A stretch of DNA of 64,000 nucleotides, taken from contig MFZZ01000042.1 of assembly GCA_001789555.1 (NCBI GenBank), positions 11,244-75,243 of the forward strand, in the 5' to 3' direction. The notes under the pieces are model-generated. The model worked only from the letters and a program-made list of their open reading frames with translations, was not told the DNA's origin and did no database searches. Of this stretch, positions 62,375-64,000 are shown piece by piece (the stretch's first letter is position 1; each line of letters begins with the position of its first letter). This DNA is from Candidatus Roizmanbacteria bacterium RIFCSPHIGHO2_12_FULL_38_13. Its GTDB lineage: Bacteria > Patescibacteriota > Microgenomatia > UBA1406 > GWC2-37-13. A program made the translations under genes and the position numbers.

Positions 62375-63496
62375 ATGAACCTTAAAGCGCATAATGACTT
62401 TCTTGAGCGCGCAGAATCTCTAGAAAAAAAACTCAACATAAGTCTTGTCAACATAACACAAAGCATAAAAGACGATCCAAAAAATATTCATTGCGAAAAC
62501 CTGATTGGAGCCGTGAGTATTCCAGTCGGTGTTGCCGGGCCTTTGAAAATAATAGGTAGAAATTCAAAAAGAGAGTTTTTTGTCCCGCTTGCGACCACTG
62601 AAGGCGCGCTTGTCGCCTCGGTAAATCGCGGTTGTAAAGCAATCACACAAAGTGGCGGGACGACTGTACAGATTGAGGAAGTCGGAGTCACACGAGGTCC
62701 AATATTTAAAGTTTCCGGTATAAATCAGGCTTTGTGGTTTAAAGAATGGCTGAATAAAAATTTTGCCGAACTGAAAACAGTCGCAGAAGCAACATCATCT
62801 CATCTAAAGTTTAAAAAAATTGACACAAGTATTTTGGGCAAAAATGTATACGTGCGTTTTTACTTCGACACGGATTTTGCCATGGGTATGAATATGGCGA
62901 CTTTGGCGACAGAAGCAATTGTCAAATATATAGGTGTAAAAACCAAAATAGCATGTTTGGCTCTTGCCGGCAATTTTGATATCGATAAAAAAGCGGCGTG
63001 GCTGAACTTCATTTCCGGTCGTGGCAGAAGGGCGTGGGCCGAGGTGGTTATCCCTAAATCAATTTTAAAATATGTTCTGAAAACAGATGCTGAAACACTC
63101 AATGAAGTTATTCAGTCAAAATGTTGGGGTGGGTCGATGATGTCGGGATCGCTAGGTTTTAACGCCCATTTTGCCAATATCGCCGCCGCGTTTTTTGCGG
63201 CCACCGGTCAGGACCTGGCGCATGTGGTTGAAGCAAGTCTTGGGATTACGAGTGCCGAAGTTACTGAAAACAAAGGGCTTTATGTTTCTGTATATTTACC
63301 TGACATCATGATGGGAACAGTCGGCGGAGGTACGAATTTGAAGACCCAATCTGAAGCCCATTCTATTGTCGGAGTTAAAACATTGGCAGAATTATCGGAA
63401 GTCTTTGCAGGAGCCGTGCTTGCTGGCGAGATATCACTTCTCTCATCAATTGCGCAGCAGTCACTTGCGAGAGTTCATAAAGAGTTGGGACGATGA
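62375..63496 (+). CDS. hmgA: hydroxymethylglutaryl-CoA reductase (short, class-I-like catalytic domain)
   Basis: CENLIGAVSIPVGVAGPL, ATTEGALVASVNRG, DFAMGMNM, and MGTVGGGT. Confidence 0.85.
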   Translation: MNLKAHNDFLERAESLEKKLNISLVNITQSIKDDPKNIHCENLIGAVSIPVGVAGPLKIIGRNSKREFFVPLATTEGALVASVNRGCKAITQSGGTTVQIEEVGVTRGPIFKVSGINQALWFKEWLNKNFAELKTVAEATSSHLKFKKIDTSILGKNVYVRFYFDTDFAMGMNMATLATEAIVKYIGVKTKIACLALAGNFDIDKKAAWLNFISGRGRRAWAEVVIPKSILKYVLKTDAETLNEVIQSKCWGGSMMSGSLGFNAHFANIAAAFFAATGQDLAHVVEASLGITSAEVTENKGLYVSVYLPDIMMGTVGGGTNLKTQSEAHSIVGVKTLAELSEVFAGAVLAGEISLLSSIAQQSLARVHKELGR

Positions 63497-63590
63497 CTTA
63501 TGATTTAAGATTTAGGATTTAAGAAAAAAAATACATAGTTCCTAAATCGTAATTCATAAATCTTAAATCTATTCAATATCTTGTAATTAT

Positions 63591-64000
63591 ATGATTGGTA
63601 TTATTTCATACGGATTTTACATACCGAGATATCGGATCAAACTTGAGGAGATTGCATCTGCCTGGGATAAATGTGGTGAAAAAGTCGAAAAATCATTAAA
63701 GATAGACGAAAAGGCAGTGGCCGGACTTGATGAAGATGTATTGACAATGGGATACGAGGCAGCATCGCAGGCTTTACTCAACAAAGCGCAGATTAAGAAA
63801 AAAATTGGTGCGGTTTTTATCGGCTCGGAAACCTTTCCATACGCGGTCAAACCCGTCTCAACTTCGATAGCATCTTGGCTTTCACTTTCAAACAATTATC
63901 TTGCCTATGATACCCAATTTGCCTGCAAGGCGGCAACCGGCGCACTGATATCTTCATATTCTATGGTCAAATCTCAAGATGTTGACTTCGCACTTGTCAT
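63591..64000 (+). CDS. HMG-CoA synthase (archaeal-type), 5' part; continues beyond the window
   Basis: MIGIISYGFYIPRYRIKLEEIASAW...VFIGSETFPYAVKP...FACKAATGAL, where the Cys is the nucleophile. Confidence 0.7.
   Translation, partial: MIGIISYGFYIPRYRIKLEEIASAWDKCGEKVEKSLKIDEKAVAGLDEDVLTMGYEAASQALLNKAQIKKKIGAVFIGSETFPYAVKPVSTSIASWLSLSNNYLAYDTQFACKAATGALISSYSMVKSQDVDFALV

Noticed and set aside
63502-63569. AT-rich inverted/direct repeat (GATTTAAGATTTAGG ... CCTAAATC..TCTTAAATC) between the HMG-CoA reductase and synthase genes.
   Set aside because: It is low-complexity TTTAAG/TTTAGG reiteration. The right arm is split by 12 nt and no U tract follows. It is possibly a weak terminator or spacer but cannot be told apart from compositional repetition.
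1-64000. CRISPR arrays, prophage blocks, transposase or integrase genes, and reverse transcriptases.
   Set aside because: No regularly spaced direct repeats were seen, and none of the characteristic protein motifs appeared in any listed ORF.

Overview
AT-rich (roughly one-third GC by eye) bacterial window with short, tightly packed and often overlapping genes, many small membrane proteins and an unlinked 5S rRNA. This style fits a reduced genome such as the Candidate Phyla Radiation/Patescibacteria, but that is inference only. All protein calls come from motifs I recognise in the supplied translations; no database search was run.

Layout:
- 1-5.4 kb: housekeeping genes (gltX 3' end, a long purA homolog) and a zur-znuACB-like metal uptake operon.
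- 5.6-22.5 kb: accessory region. It holds tRNA-His and tRNA-Gln, three toxin-antitoxin modules, two APH-type kinases, Fic, VOC, GNAT and CPBP genes, several disrupted genes and repeat-bounded cassettes.
- 22.6-29.6 kb: malic enzyme, TerC, an argH-argG-argF-GNAT operon with a leader terminator, and rdgB.
- 29.8-42.3 kb: a large copper / thiol-redox island. It contains DUF1573, a CcdA-like protein, CopZ, a CPH-type P1B ATPase, a Met-rich SHOCT protein, a DsrE-like protein, a Cys-rich miniprotein, DUF3105, DsbA and a short BlaR1/BlaI pair.
- 42.4-50.7 kb: two OmpR/HK two-component systems bracketing tandem alpha/beta hydrolases.
- 51-64 kb: mixed genes (cupredoxin, TauE, TspO, FTR1, PRTase, 2-hydroxyacid dehydrogenase, DUF2130, 5S rRNA, an ECF sigma cluster) ending in HMG-CoA reductase and synthase.

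Most unusual observations:
1. A tRNA-Gln whose 5' half is duplicated around a GIY-YIG nuclease pseudogene.
2. A series of tRNA-3'-end-like direct repeats that cut the DNA next to tRNA-His into single cassettes.
3. A two-gene module of unknown proteins, each carrying an Rx4H (HEPN-like) motif, next to tRNA-Gln.
4. A sensor-less BlaR1/BlaI pair whose operator-like box recurs in front of a DsbA / CxxC-membrane / DUF3105 operon.
5. A promoter, short Arg-codon ORF and terminator leader in front of argH.

No CRISPR array, integrase, transposase or reverse transcriptase was seen.
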